Source of the DNA: Psilocybe cubensis
Taxonomy: Eukaryota
Assembly (NCBI GenBank): GCA_017499595.2
Contig: CM038998.1
Span: forward strand, 2,976,001 to 3,040,000
DNA: 64,000 nt
Direction of reading: 5' to 3'
Within the stretch, counting starts at the first letter, position 1. Each line of letters starts with the position of its first letter. The notes below the pieces were generated by a model that saw only the letters and a list, made by a program, of their open reading frames with translations, was not told where the DNA came from and did not search any database. A program made the position numbers and the translations under genes. Of the stretch, positions 24,071 through 38,369 are shown one piece after another.

Positions 24071-27000
24071 TTACTTGAATCCCATACGTCGAGCGTAAGC
24101 AGACTCTTCTTGCATGGTGAGACGATCCGCGCCAGTCCAATTGGCGGAGCTCGTACGTGCTCGGAATCTGCTGGTCCGTGTCTTGAAAATCTCCTCCATC
24201 TTGAGCGGACGAACGGCGCCAAAAATATCGTCGGGGTTAATGGTGCTTTGCATCTGAAGCGCCTGTCGCAGTTCCGGAGATTGTGCCCAATCAGGCGGAT
24301 CAAATGTGCGAACACGGTCTTCATCTTCAGAGTCTGAATACTCGCTGTTTATATCTGGTAGTTCGATACTTTCGCTGGGTACCAATGGCTCTGTGTCTTT
24401 AGCAGCATCAATTAGGGCTTTAGCCCGGGCAGCCATTTGAGATTGAACCAGTTGAGATGGCTGGGAAATTTCATCATCAACGGTATTTTCTTGGATGGCT
24501 CGCTCCTTTCCTTTGGACGAAGATGCTTCGGCCTCCATGTTTGATGATGACGCAATAGTTGAAGAACCGAAGGCAAAAGAAGTGTTCGAAGGTTGTTTGA
24601 GAGAGGATTTCAGATGTGACTTTCCAAATAACATGTTAGGACCTGGTTTCTTTAACTCGGATTTCTTCTCGACCTCTATCTTGCGTTTTTTCTGAGATTC
24701 ATCATCCTGAATCGCAAATGAGTTGTCTGGACACCAAAAAACGAAAGTACAAAATGTTTACCTTCTTTACAGATGGGAGTTTGAGCGCTCTCTTATCAGT
24801 ACTACTCTCTTTCTCTTTCTTTCGACGTTCCGCTTCTTCCTTCATCCTGCGCTCCTCTTCCAGTTCTCTGGCCTTTTCCTCTTCTGCCTTTCGTTGAATG
24901 GCAAGTTGGCGACGACTTTCCATCTCTTTCAAACGAGCAGCCTTTTTATCAGCTTCCTCTTGTTGCTAAAATGACCATAAAGTGATTAACTTCGACTATT
25001 TTGAAGATAAATTAAATATAACCACCTTTTTCGCCGCTATCGCCGCTTTCTGTAGAACCGTCTTGACTTCAGGCTGTTTTTTCTTGTTGCTGGTGCCAAG
25101 TGCACTGCTGAGCAGTTTGGAAGCTTGATTGAGGAACCCGCCCTGTGAAGGTTGTGATTGAGATGACTCGAACGAAGCCAGCGAGGCGATCGACATTTGG
25201 CTTTGACTCCTTGCGTGTTTAGGCTAAAAAATGAAATTGGATCCAAGTCCGATTTAATTCAAGGATAAAACCCACCTGATCGTTCACAATTGTAGCTTTA
25301 GGGGCACTCAAAATCGCCTGCTCAAGCTCTGGATCTTTAGGAAGTATGTTACCTCCATCTTCCTCTGCATCTTCAATTTCTGTGTCAAATGCACCCGGTA
25401 TTGGGTGACCCTTCGGGGAAACCCAGTCATTCTTCTGTTCCCGAAGAGGAGAAGCTCTAGTAAAAGGACCTGTGTCTCCACGGGTGCTTTGAGAGGGCGC
25501 TGTGCTCCATGTCATACTGTCATCCTTAGACCCAAACGTCCACTGTACGCCGGCTGAAATTTTCTCATCTAATGGCCAGCTATCATCTTCATCACATATT
25601 TGTGTGTCTGGGTATCGTTGAGATTGTGTATAACCAGACGTATAGTCTGTATCTTGAGTGCTTGGCAACCAGGCGGGAGGATCTTCATCGTCGAATACTC
25701 TATCCGATATTACGCTTTCAAGCGTCGACTGAGCAGTAAGTGGTTGTGCAGCCTTTCCTTTGAATGAAGAAGTAGGTGACGAGCGAAGCGAGGGATATAC
25801 AGATGACTGAGTCTTATTATTGACTTGTGGTGGTGGAGCCGGTGGCGGGTTGAAGACTTTGTGGGCAGGGGAAAATGGCCGAGGCTTTGTCTTTGATACT
25901 GGAGAAAATGGCTGCCTGGTCTTTGCGACAGGAAGAGCGAAGACTGGAGAGGGTTTATTGAAAACTGGAGGAGCCACAATTTGAACACTGGAGATGTGGG
26001 CTGGAGGAGAATGCGGCGGCGTCGTTGAAGTACTTTCCCGTGCAAGGGCAGAAGATTCTGACTCTTTCGCGAGTATTGCAGGATTTGGATCGAATTGGAA
26101 CGATTTCTCAGGTACCATGTGTTTCTCCTTGACACGGCCTTCAGTCGGGAACAAGTCAGAAATGCTCATACGACCATCGTTTTGTCTCAGTGGCGACGCT
26201 TGTATTTCGGATTCTTTCTGCTCAGCCCGATGCACTTGTTTAGAATTCTGAGCGGAAAGATGTGACTCTGCTGCTGGAACTCCACTAGCAATCGTCATTT
26301 CATCTTCTTTACGATCTCTCTCGGCGACTCTGGCTTCTGCGGCAGCCCGAGCTTCAGCGAGAGCCGCAGCCGCTCCTCCTCCGAGGCTTTTGCTCATGTT
26401 CTTACCAACACGAACGCCGAAGTCCTCAACAGTCTTCTTAAGACGATCCAGAACACCCTCTTGCATGAAACTGTCAGGGTCTTGTTCAGGGTCTTCTTCA
26501 TCAGGCAGGGACTGTATCTTGGGTGCATTATCTTGCACCTTCTCCAGTTGAGTGTCCTTTGAAGTACGGCAAGCAAACTCGCCATCAGAGACTTTCGCAT
26601 ACTTCGAGATACGCTCTTGATCATGTTGCAGAGATATCTGGTCATTGACCTGCATGTCCCCGCTCTTCCTCTTGGTACCTTGTGCCACAGGAGTCTGCCC
26701 GGTATTCGAGATGCTAGAAGTAGGTTGGCTCTTCTTGCTGGTTCCTTCGAAGGCATTGACCTCTCTGACCTTCGTCAGATATGATGTTCGTTTTCCACGA
26801 GCAGCACTTGGTGTTGCCGCTCCCTGCATGACCATATTCAGTGAGGGATCGCGAGGTTTGCGGGAGAACATAGGTTCAGGGAGGGAAGGGATGGAGAGTG
26901 TTATAGGTTTGTCACTCGACTTCCTATCGGCTTGAGAAGGTTCTTCAAGCGCACCAGGAATCGATTGCTCATTGATACTCTGTCTGGTTTCTGTTGATAT

Positions 27001-27923
27001 GGATTCTGAAAGAGAGGTAGGTTCTTGGGGCTCGTCTGATTTGTGGTCACGACTGAAGGTCGAAACCGCTTCATCGCGAATGGATGGAGTTGGAGATTGA
27101 AGAGGGATAGACTGGAACGTGGCAGCAGAGGAAGATGAGGTCATATTGACATCGTGATGAGCTGTATTGAAATCGGATACAGACGAAGAAGGCGGAAGTG
27201 GTATCGTTGTTGCAATAGGGCTATGTGGTACTTCAACTCCATGACCTGCATTGGACATTCGACTCCGTTCAGAAGATTCATCGTCCTCTGCTATGATGGA
27301 GAGATCATTATGCTCCATACTGGCAGGGCGTTGAGAAGGTCGGGTCGGACCAAGCCCGGCAGGTATTGATTCGACAGTCATATCTGAGGGATTATGGATG
27401 GATTGGATAGGAGCCAGAGGTGCCCTTGAAGGATGGCCCTGCAATGCTGCATCCTGCTCATTGTTGCCCTTTTCTCTCGAATTATCTGCCACTTTGGCAA
27501 CATGAAGAGTTGCCTGAAGACTATGAGGTGGGGGAGCATTCTCATTGACCATTGGATCCTTTGTGAAAGCGTGTAAGGCAAGGTGAGAGTAGAGTGACTT
27601 GATCGTGCGTACCTCGTAGGATAAGGATGTCAAATTTGCCAACTTTGATGCCATGAGCTTAGGTTTCCTTGCGATAGCTTTTTTACGCCCAGGTGTTTTC
27701 ACAAGCTCTATGAGCGGGCTATAAAAAAAAATTTACATGGTCTCCTAAGTCAAGCTTGAAGAACTTACTCTTGTTTTCCGCCTGATACAATGTTATCCAG
27801 GTAATCATCGAGAAAGAGAAACCCATGCGTATGAACTTGCTCCTTAAACACTTGACGCCCTGGATCGCTGGTCATAGTGAGACGTATTGAGTTCGCCCAG
27901 GTGAGAAGTCCGGTGTGGGCCAT
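24071..27923 (-). CDS. INCENP: Inner centromere protein INCENP (Sli15/Pic1 homolog), multi-exon
   Basis: C-terminal IN-box LPDINSEYSDSEDED...PDWAQSPELRQAL...PDDIFG...EEIF...RFRARTSSANWTG, preceded by a charged coiled coil. Starts MAHTGLLTWANSIR. Confidence 0.88.
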
Positions 27924-28185
27924 GGTATAACAGTTGTTAAATGGTTAACGTTGATGATATTGACCTCGCTGCTGAGGCAGAGTCACGGTGTTGAACTCGG
28001 TGGTCGCGTCAGTCATGTGACCGTATGCGGCCCACAATGACACCCATCATAATGGAGCCAATGAAGATGCGTGTAACCAAATGTAACACTGCAGGTGAAG
28101 GTCTCAATTCCCGATCCAATTCAATACCAGTTGGCGCAGTAACGCTTGTACTATTTCCTTCATCTACTTTCTTTCTTCTAACCTT

Positions 28186-30536
28186 ATGTCCGACCCTTCG
28201 TTAGGTCCAATTGCGTTCCCAAACATCACTGGGGCACGGCCTCGGCTGTATACTCAAAAGAACCGAAGCCAGCTCACCCTCAACTCCAGTTCTATTATAT
28301 CAAACTCATCCTTCACGAACAATCCAGAATCCGAGCTAACAGAAAGTCAATTGCGAGAGCTCTATGACAATGAAGAAATCGATAGATTTCTTAATTTATT
28401 TTCTGCCGTATGCTGAACTCTCATCCAATCCACAATCCATTCCAGTTCGTTGATATTTTTCTCAGTTTGTGACAGAAGTCAGGGCACCGGATACACCTAC
28501 ATCGAAAGAAGCAGAGGCATCTGAGTATGTCAGTGAAGAAAATTCCAGCTCAAGCACGTCAACATATCCTGAGGATGATGGAGAATGGACGCCAAGGCTT
28601 GACGAAGATCAAGATGGAGAATTCTTGACTCCACAAATTTCGTCTCGTTATTCCTCCCCTTCAAAGAACAATAGCATATCGGAAGAGATTGCAAACGTAC
28701 GCATTTACTTTTACAGCGCTTAATTATGGCCAACAATCAACTACAGCGATACTTGCTTCCTATCCTTCCTCATGCTAAGCCTGCAACACATGGATTTACA
28801 CTAGGACGCTTGCGGCTTGCAGTACAAAGATTATATGTCGTCGCGTTCCCCGCATATAATGCATTTATTCAGAAACATATTAGTTTATCTACTTGGGAAA
28901 ACCACGGCAAAAGTCTCGCGTATTGCTCTGTGAGTTTCTAAGCTGTCTTGCGTCTGCAACTTATTGGAACATTAATTTAGGTGTATTGGACTCTCTGGTG
29001 GCAAAATTTACTCGGGCCTTCCCTTGTATTCTATGTTCTGTTTACGCTTTTGAAGGCAAGAATCTTTCCATATCCTTCATTGGAAGATCTTCTTCGACAT
29101 CGTGAAGAGGTTTCTCGTGCAGATGAGTTTGGGGAGCGTGTGTCGGCAAGGCTCTCAGCCTCATCCACCAGCGTGTTGGAGATTTGGCGTCTTTTTAGAT
29201 TGTTTGAGACAACAAAGAGAAATATCGTAAAAGGAAAGACACGTGAACACACCAAAAGCACAAGTACCTCCAGTCTTTCCGAAGGCCGTCCCTCTGTCAA
29301 TCATTCGGAAGATGTCACAGTCTTAGATGACATTAATGATAATGAGGAAGCCCAAGACTTGAAACGAATTGGCCTCGAGATTTTGGAAGATATTGCTGAA
29401 TTACATGAACGCATAAGAAAGTTTGTAATTTGTTTCTTTTTCTCCTGTAAAAATAAAAACTGACTTTGAACGGTGCAGTACATTCATATGGCGCCGACCT
29501 TCTGCATCTCGAAGATACGTTTTTGTATGATTTTTGAATATCAAATCTCTAGTTGATTTGCTTAACTGATAACTTTTAATATAGGTGCTCCTAGTTTTGT
29601 TTTTAGTGACATTGCTTCCAACACAATACATCGCAAAATTGACCTTTTTTACTTTGGGTTTTATTTATTGGCATGTCATTCCTGTTATTGCCGCCTTACC
29701 TCCTTCGGAGAGTCGGAGGTACGAAACAGAGACGAATCCTCGACGCTTTATATCCTGATCTCGAGCATATTAGACTTCCTCCTCCATTATGGGATGTTCC
29801 GAATGATGCCGAATATGCTATGGAGCTCATATCGCAGCGTGTGGCGGCTGGTCTTCCTATCAATCCTAATAGGCCTTCCAAGGCCACGAAAAAACAGCAT
29901 TCAGTAGAAAGCTTTGAAGCACAAAACGCTGCTTCGACCAATACCGTTGAACATTCACGAAGCCGAGAAAATTCTATAGACTGGAAGAAATGGGGCGATC
30001 GAGTAACAAAAGGAAAATCGGTTATCAATGACATCAAGCGACTTAAACCTAGCAAGGCTGTAAGCTCAGATTCCTCTGCTAGTAAGATAATATCTGACCT
30101 TTGTAAAGTGGCCTGCTCATGAAAGTTGGCCGCCTCGTCATCCTATGATCCCAGGGATAGTGGGCATGATTCAGCCTCGGGCAAATGTTGAAGCGCACAG
30201 TGAGGACATCAATGTGTTAATCGACAGTTACATACTGATGGCTGTTAAGCATATCCCTGCCAGCACAATTCTGGTCCAGGGCTAATCACGCTGACGCATA
30301 GCGCTCTCCTGTTCACTCCTCTGATGTCACAGTCGCCCAAGTTGACGATTCGATTGGCTTCTGTCAAAGGAGTAAAGAAGTCAGGGCTGCTAAAAGGCCT
30401 TCGAATTCGGTGGACTGCCTCTCTAGAAGACGGAACGAAAGAAATTAAAGAAGATAAATTCCCCTGGATTGGCAACCGTGATGAAGTCTTTGCTCGTCTT
30501 GTCGGCAGCGACTCAAAACGTTGGATGAAAGTTTGA
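28186..30536 (+). CDS. Uncharacterised membrane protein with two hydrophobic hairpins and a C-terminal PH/GRAM-like segment, multi-exon
   Basis: Spliceable exons from MSDPSLGP to IGNRDEVFARLVGSDSKRWMKV*. Hydrophobic segments such as YWTLWWQNLLGPSLVFYVLFTLL. C-terminus GLITLTHSALLFTP...IRLASVKGVKK...RDEVFARL. Confidence 0.7.
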
Positions 30537-30709
30537 TGTATTGTACTATCTAAATGTGTCTATAAATATCATGTAATTCTATCTTGACAGGTGTAGTGAC
30601 CTTTGCTTCTTGTATCTTCGCGATATCCTTTCTTGAGCTTTGCATTTTCTTATAACTGGTGCCCTCATTATTTATTCAAGTCATGGCTTGACCCAGTCCA
30701 GTGAGGATC

Positions 30710-33700
30710 ATGTTCTTCACTCCTGAGCTGCTTTCTAAGCGCGACAGTGGATTTGGTCTTCTCTGGTGTGTCTCTCCTGTTGAATGCCGCGCAGACAATT
30801 ACCGACTAATGTCAAATATTCAGGCTAGCTGCGACATTGGGATCCAGATCTACATTTAAAAAATTACCCAAACGCTCCGTACTAACAGCAGACATCTCAC
30901 AGCTATGCGACTTGATCACAGAGCCTGAAGAGCCTCTCGCATTAAGACTCTCCAGCAACTTGATGTTTGGAGTGGTCCGGTAAGATGGTCAATCTTTCCT
31001 TTCAATAAAGATCTGAGAGATTCAAATGATAATTACAGGGTTTATAAAGGTCAGACTATGCACTCGACGTTTATGATGATGAAGTCCCCTAACGCATTGA
31101 AACAACAGTTAAACAAGAAATCTTTTTGAATGACGTTACCATCTGCGTCGCTACCTTAAAGAAGGTTGTACAGGAACTGAGAAGTAGCGGGAATGTCCAA
31201 CTTCAAATGGTCAACCCTACTGTTCGGTGAGCATCGAGCATACAAATGAGGCAAAGATCTCGACATTAAATTGTCGTGTAGCCCTGCTCTCCTTACTATG
31301 ATACCAGATTCCAGAGAAGCATATGCGCTTGACTATGATGCCTTTGTCGCCGTGCGTAATATTTCTTACGGTTATCCCTACATCATGGATTGAAGTATTC
31401 AAATTTAGGACTGGGATGAATATTTGAATATGGAAGGTGGGTTTTCTGTTTTTTCTGTACTAAAATATTGCCAGGTTGTCGATTTAAACATATAAAATGT
31501 GTTGCAGCAGCAACGAGAACGTGTTCCATTGATGAAGATGACGACACTGATTTTGACCCAACCCAAAGCAAAAAGAAATCGAAGACCAAAAGTGCAGTAA
31601 AATCCGCACCTGCCGTAGAAGTTATGCGAAAAGAGGCGCATACACTCGACGAACACCACGAACATGTGCTCTCAGCATCCTTTGACATGTCTTTCAGTAA
31701 TAATGCTGAACAGGTCCCATCATCTTCACAAGCTGATGTACCATTCGATAATTTCTTCCCGTTCTCGGATGGACTGGATGTCGGAGAAGGTCTCGGCGAC
31801 GATCTTGCGCGTGAGTTGGGTTGGGCTACTTCTCCGATTAAGAGTGTACGCAGCAATAGGTATGACAATTTTTTTTGGTTTGGAAATCCTTTGGTTTATG
31901 GTGAAGTGCAGAATTATGGGTAATGCTGAAAAGGAGCAGCATGGCTTGCAATTCGACGAGGGTGATTATAATATAGGAGCTATTGATTTCGACTTTAACA
32001 CAGAAGATATGCACATTTTTATGGATGAACCGGGGCGAGTTGCAAAGAATGCCCGTCCAAGTACTCCTGTCCCTCAACAGGCACCAAAAATGGCAAAGGT
32101 AAGACTTTTCTGTACTATTGGACATTTTTTGCTCAATAGAATGTTAAAGACCCCGCAGCGCAAAGGTATTTTCAGATGGAGTGGAAGTCATCTTTGGGCC
32201 CATCGTCTGACTCTGTTCAAGAGAATGCAATCCCGAGATTGGGATCAGTCGTATCTCAACGCCAAGGTCCTAGTCCAGCAATGTCTTTCTCGCGCATGCT
32301 ATTGTCACAGGATGAAGAGCAGCCATTGAGAGATATCACCACAGAAGAATCAAATAGGCATAATCAACAAGACTTGACTAAGAAGACCAAAAGAACGCGT
32401 TTGCTTTTAGATGCACGCACAGAGTTGACAGATGACGAGTTAAAGGTATCCAAAGTTTTCTATTGTTTGACGTAAAAGCTAAAGATCGACAGATTGCTAG
32501 AGCCAAGTATTTGGAGTCGCAGCGACGCCAAAGGCGTCAATTGCTGAGCAAGAAAACCGAAAAAGATAGCGGTAAATTTATAGAGGAGCTTATCTGGAGC
32601 GTACCAAAAGGAAGTGAGTTTTAATCATCAATTGTTTGAATATAATTGTCTTTGAACACGTATGGGTGTTAGTACAAGAACCAGGTCTGAGAAACTTTTG
32701 GCAAGAAAATTTTAAAGTCCAAGTTGAAGCAAGGTCTGGAGTGTTACGTATCCACCCAGAAGCCAGTTTGTATACAAGTGGTTTGGTTCGCCCAACATGT
32801 TTGATCAATCTGACGAATTAGGTTCAGATGAACCACCAAGTAAGAGAAGGAAAATAGCTATACCGCCTGCCATAGAAGAAGAACCTCGGAATGGATTCTA
32901 TAATGAGGAACCAGTACAGCATGATGTTGATTGGAACATGGATTGGGTCGTAGGTAAGTCATTTCGCTATGGCATCCCGGCAGCAGCCTACAGTAAGTCC
33001 GTGCAATCAGGGAATGACGTCGATATGGCTGTGGCTGTAGATCAAGCTGGTGACAATAGGAATTCATCTGAGGTCTAGCTTCATAATTTCTTCTCGGTAC
33101 AAAACCGACTCATCATCTATTCTAGGAACCTGGTCAAGCCCGTCGTATTTCTCGATCAGCCTCTATACTTGGAGCGAGCAACCTAGCTTTCGATCTTGGC
33201 CCTCGAGGGTCTGGAAATGGTTCGCAGCGAAGCTCATTTTTCCCTTGGGACCATGCTGGACCGAGCTCCTCCAGCGGGAATGTCCCATTTGCACAACCAG
33301 AGGTCGATCACATAGTGGAACGGGTCGATGTACGATTGCGAAGCATATCGACAACCCGACGTGAAAGTCCTATCGCAGGCAGTCGGGACAGCCATAGAGG
33401 CAGCATTACAGGCTCGAATGTCTTGCTTTCGCCCGCGATGGGTGGGAGGACGTCGCAGATCTTGGGAGAAGATTTTGCCTTTGAAGGTATGTCGGATCGG
33501 TGGCGAGCTTCTAGCACGCTATAATATTAGGGAACGTCGTTTTAGTGGAAGAAGCTGTACCGCAAGAGGACACGCAGCAGGAGACACAGAAATCAGAAGT
33601 CAACCTCGTCACGCTTGAAAGGAACTCTTTCAACTTCCTGGAGTATATTTATCTTCATGCTAATGTGACGTGTGCCGCTGAATCTTAAACTGTGGATAGA

Positions 33701-33946
33701 TATGCGAAGATGCAGTATCAAACTTTGCCAAAGCCAGAAGGTCGGCTCGAATTTGAGACTGTCGCCCCTAAATCGACGAGCACGAGCCATGTAGCCGCTG
33801 CGGCGTTCTATCATTGTCTGGGTCAGTCAATGTTTTTGAAGCGTTTACCCAATGTCTTATTTCAACAACCAGTTCTTGCCACGAAGAATCTTGTCGGGCT
33901 CAAGCAATCGGAGCCATACGGTAGAATTTTCATCGACATCATTTGA
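30710..33946 (+). CDS. REC8: Rec8/Rad21-family kleisin (probably meiotic cohesin Rec8), many short exons
   Basis: N-terminus MFFTPELLSKRDSGFGLLW|LAATLG...PLALRLSSNLMFGVVR. C-terminal winged helix AAAAFYHCL|VLATK...QSEPYGRIFI. Confidence 0.85.
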
Positions 33947-34564
33947 GCTTGAATCACACGAATCGCGGGATGCAGCTAGAACGACCGAAGTTTCATAGAC
34001 ACTCAGCATGTACAGCATTCTGTTATAGATTGACATTGCCTTCAGTATGAAGGGCCTAATTGAAGATTACTCACGACTGTACCTCACTGCACCACGCTGG
34101 CTAGAAGAGATCCATTCTGTTTGGGTCGCGTACTCGAGGTAAATTGGAAGACGCCTTGACAACTCGTCCCGAGTTGATAGAAATTGCACGCCGAGAATTC
34201 AAATTTGGTAAATCTGACATTAAGTATGCTGTAAGAAGAAATAATGAGTAGATTTGACAAAACAAGTGGAACATGGTTCGAGGAGCAAAACCAGAGTGTA
34301 ATGGATGATAGCCGCGATTTACTTGGGTTTATGGGTTGGGGCGCGATCGGGAATTGGCGCCTGGGTCCTGTCCAATCAAATGCAGCCCGAAATATGAGAA
34401 ATGGGCTTGTCTGGTGCCATTATTAACAGCGGATTTCATATTAGCCTATATAAACTCTCCTCCTCTCCTCATCCAATCTGTTTCGCCTCGCTTCTAGAGT
34501 TTCGCGCCTCGCTGCGCAGACCCGTCCAACAGTTAAATTCAATACCCCATCTTCATACCGCACC

Positions 34565-35507
<943 letters not shown>

Positions 35508-35751
35508 AGCATTCAAACATAATTGATATTGAAGAATTGTACGGAATAAGAAGGGGATATATTTACAAGACGGGGGGCTGTTGCAGCTTTGAGTCATATA
35601 ATGCGAGTAGGTATCATCTAGAGGATATATAACAATACCATATAGCAATCATACATCATGAAAGAAAAAAATGAGATGGCAGCGATGAAAAAACATTGAA
35701 ACAACCGAAAGAAAAAGAGGGTAATGAACACATACAAGCAAAGTCATATCG

Positions 35752-37235
35752 TCAATTTTGTTGGTTAGGATGGACCGATTTGAAAACCAAAAGTTCCCTG
35801 GAATATCGAAGTCCTAGAGCATTTCTTCGCCCGAGAGGCAGTGTTGCATCGAGCTGAAAACCCAGATTGCAGAGTATCTTCAAAAGTTCGACAAAAACAG
35901 TAGTAGCATCCACTTCGGGGGCTGAAAGCGCGGTTCAATATGATATCAGATCACGGGTAGACTGATGAATATCAATTGTTGCAGACCTTGAGCTGTTTTT
36001 CGTCTGACTTCCAAGACACGAGTATTCTCCTCTACGACATTATCAGAGACATGACTGGTTGGAAGAGCAGACCGTAGTTGTGCTCCGATAGAGAGGTCTA
36101 CTGGGTTGGGGGGATCAATCAAAGTGATCTTCCGACCATCTTGTGAGAAGAAGGCAATGAAGAATACGGCATTAGCAGGTTTAGTGACCTGGAAGATGAG
36201 TCGGGGTGTCTACACAGTGGAAGAGTCAACGTGTAAGCTTGATAAGACGTAGCATACATGCGCACCGGGGTCCCGATATTGACTGCAGTCTGAAATGAAT
36301 AACCCTAGGTTAAATGTGATGCACTGAGTTAAATGAAGACTTGGTAAGCGATCCTTCTCCCACCCTTTGTTCAAACAGGGTGAATAGTGAAGTAATAAGC
36401 TTGTATGATCTAGAAATAAGGGTTGAAAAAAGATCAATGCAAGATCCGGATGGTCAGCATAGAACCCACTGTTGAACATTCGGGCCGTTCAAATCCCATG
36501 GTGTATTGCGAAACTTGACGACACAGGTATGCCCAATATTGACGTCGGATTCCACTCCATCCTGCCATATAGGCCATAGCAATTTGCGCACTTCCTCCAA
36601 TCCTACCCGTGTAATGTGTTCAATGTGGAGTTCGTTATAATTGTGGAAAGATACAAGCATATGGACTGCGAATGAAGAATAGATCAGATCAGGTTGTTGA
36701 CGAGCATAAGGATAGAGCGCTCACACATAGGACTTTCATGATGCGCCTGTTCTATCGAGGTCAGGTTCTGGGGTCTATTGGGGTTCGAGTGGGTACGGGT
36801 TCGAGTAAAAGTCGTAGGCGCCTGATTGGACGGCGGCGGTTGCGTCTGCGGCTGGGGATGGCTGAAAGGGTTGTAGAAGTGCCTTCCACCATTGCCGTCT
36901 GTAGTACCGAATGCAGTCATTGTCTTCTTCATCGCCGATTTAAGTGGGGCAGCTGCAGTAGGAATGGTTGGATTTCGTCGATGCTGTCTGTTCGGCGCCG
37001 AAGTGGTTGCGCTATGTTTAAGGGCGTAGGCATCTGCATCGAATCCATACGGCGACGGTGCAGGCGGGTTGTTATGTTGAGGTGCAGGTGCGGGCTGGAA
37101 TCCACCATAGAACGGGGGGTAGCCACTACTGGGCCCTGGACCGCCCGGGGGACCATTGGCGCCCATGTATGGCGTCTGTGGGGGATACATGGGGTGGCCA
37201 TAGTAAGGATAGCTTCCATACGGCTGCTGCTGCAT
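35752..37235 (-). CDS. Uncharacterised protein: Pro/Tyr/Gly-rich N-terminus plus globular alpha/beta C-terminal region, multi-exon
   Basis: ORF 36684-37235 (MQQQPYGSYPYYG...) splices to 36454-36660 and further exons ending LLKILCNLGFQLDATLPLGRRNALGLRYSRELLVFKSVHPNQQN*. Confidence 0.7.
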
Positions 37236-37611
37236 CTGTACGGATGAGGGGTGTTGGAGGACGAAAAAGCGGGATCTGTGGAGATTAAGAAGGGAAAGCC
37301 CACAAGATCTGGGAGAACTGCAACGTGCAAGATACTGAGTCCAGTATTTCCTTTTCTAGCGTGTTAATTAGCAGAATTGCCGGCTCGCTGTGGGGGACGA
37401 TGGGGGCGACGCAGAAACGCGGCAGACGATGAGGAGAGAGTGCGGGGAGGATGGACGAGCATGTTCAGCGCGTTGCGCAAAGACCAAACTCGTTGAGTCT
37501 GATTTCTGTTCCTGCATTGTTGCCCAAAATTACATGTAAACACGGACACACGTGAGCTGGGTTCAGGTATTTCGCTAATAGCTTGACCCACTTCACTCCC
37601 TCTCCAACACC

Positions 37612-38246
37612 ATGGCCTCCACTTTCTACACATGGCTGCGGTCTCCCGCTGCGCGCCAGTACTTTTTCAGTGCGTATTTCTCAATCTAAACCTGTTCTTT
37701 TCAGCTCAACCTTTTTTCCAGGTACTCATTTTTGGGGTCCAGTATGTTTCTAAACCCCCCTCCATGCTGCTCGCATATAACTCTCCGTACAGGTTGCAAA
37801 CTGGGGCCTGCCTCTTGCTGCCCTTGCAGACTTGAAGAAGGATGAAGAGGTGATATCAGGGACAATGACCACTGCGCTCATGTGCTACTCGTAAGCGTTT
37901 ATATAGCTCGTGTGCGTCCCTGGTATTTGCTGACCACATTCATTTGCAAGCATGGTTTTCATGCGTTTCGGTACGTGCTGCTCATCTCTTGAATTCAGTG
38001 TATTCTGAACAGTTTTTCTCTGTCGCAGCCTGGAGAGTGCAGCCCCGTAACTACTTGCTCTTCGCCTGCCATGCTACAAATGCATCTGCCCAGTCTCTGC
38101 AAGAATACCGCTTTGTAAACTATTGGTACAGAGGGGGCCGCGAAAAGAAGCTCGCCGAAGAGGGGGTCGTTGTCCCAGTTGTAGAGGGCAAGGTCACACA
38201 GGCAGTCAAGGCCGCAAAGGAGGAAGCTTCAAAAACCGTAGCCTAA
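37612..38246 (+). CDS. MPC1: Mitochondrial pyruvate carrier subunit 1, 5 exons
   Basis: Spliced [23 protein letters not shown]...[37 protein letters not shown]. Confidence 0.95.
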
Positions 38247-38369
38247 GAAATATCATCTCTCTCACCCGGATTCCGCTGATATCCCATTACTCTTTATTCG
38301 TCTAATATACAAGATACATAAAGATTTATAAACCAGACACCCAATAATCCTATTCGCAAGGACAGTCTT

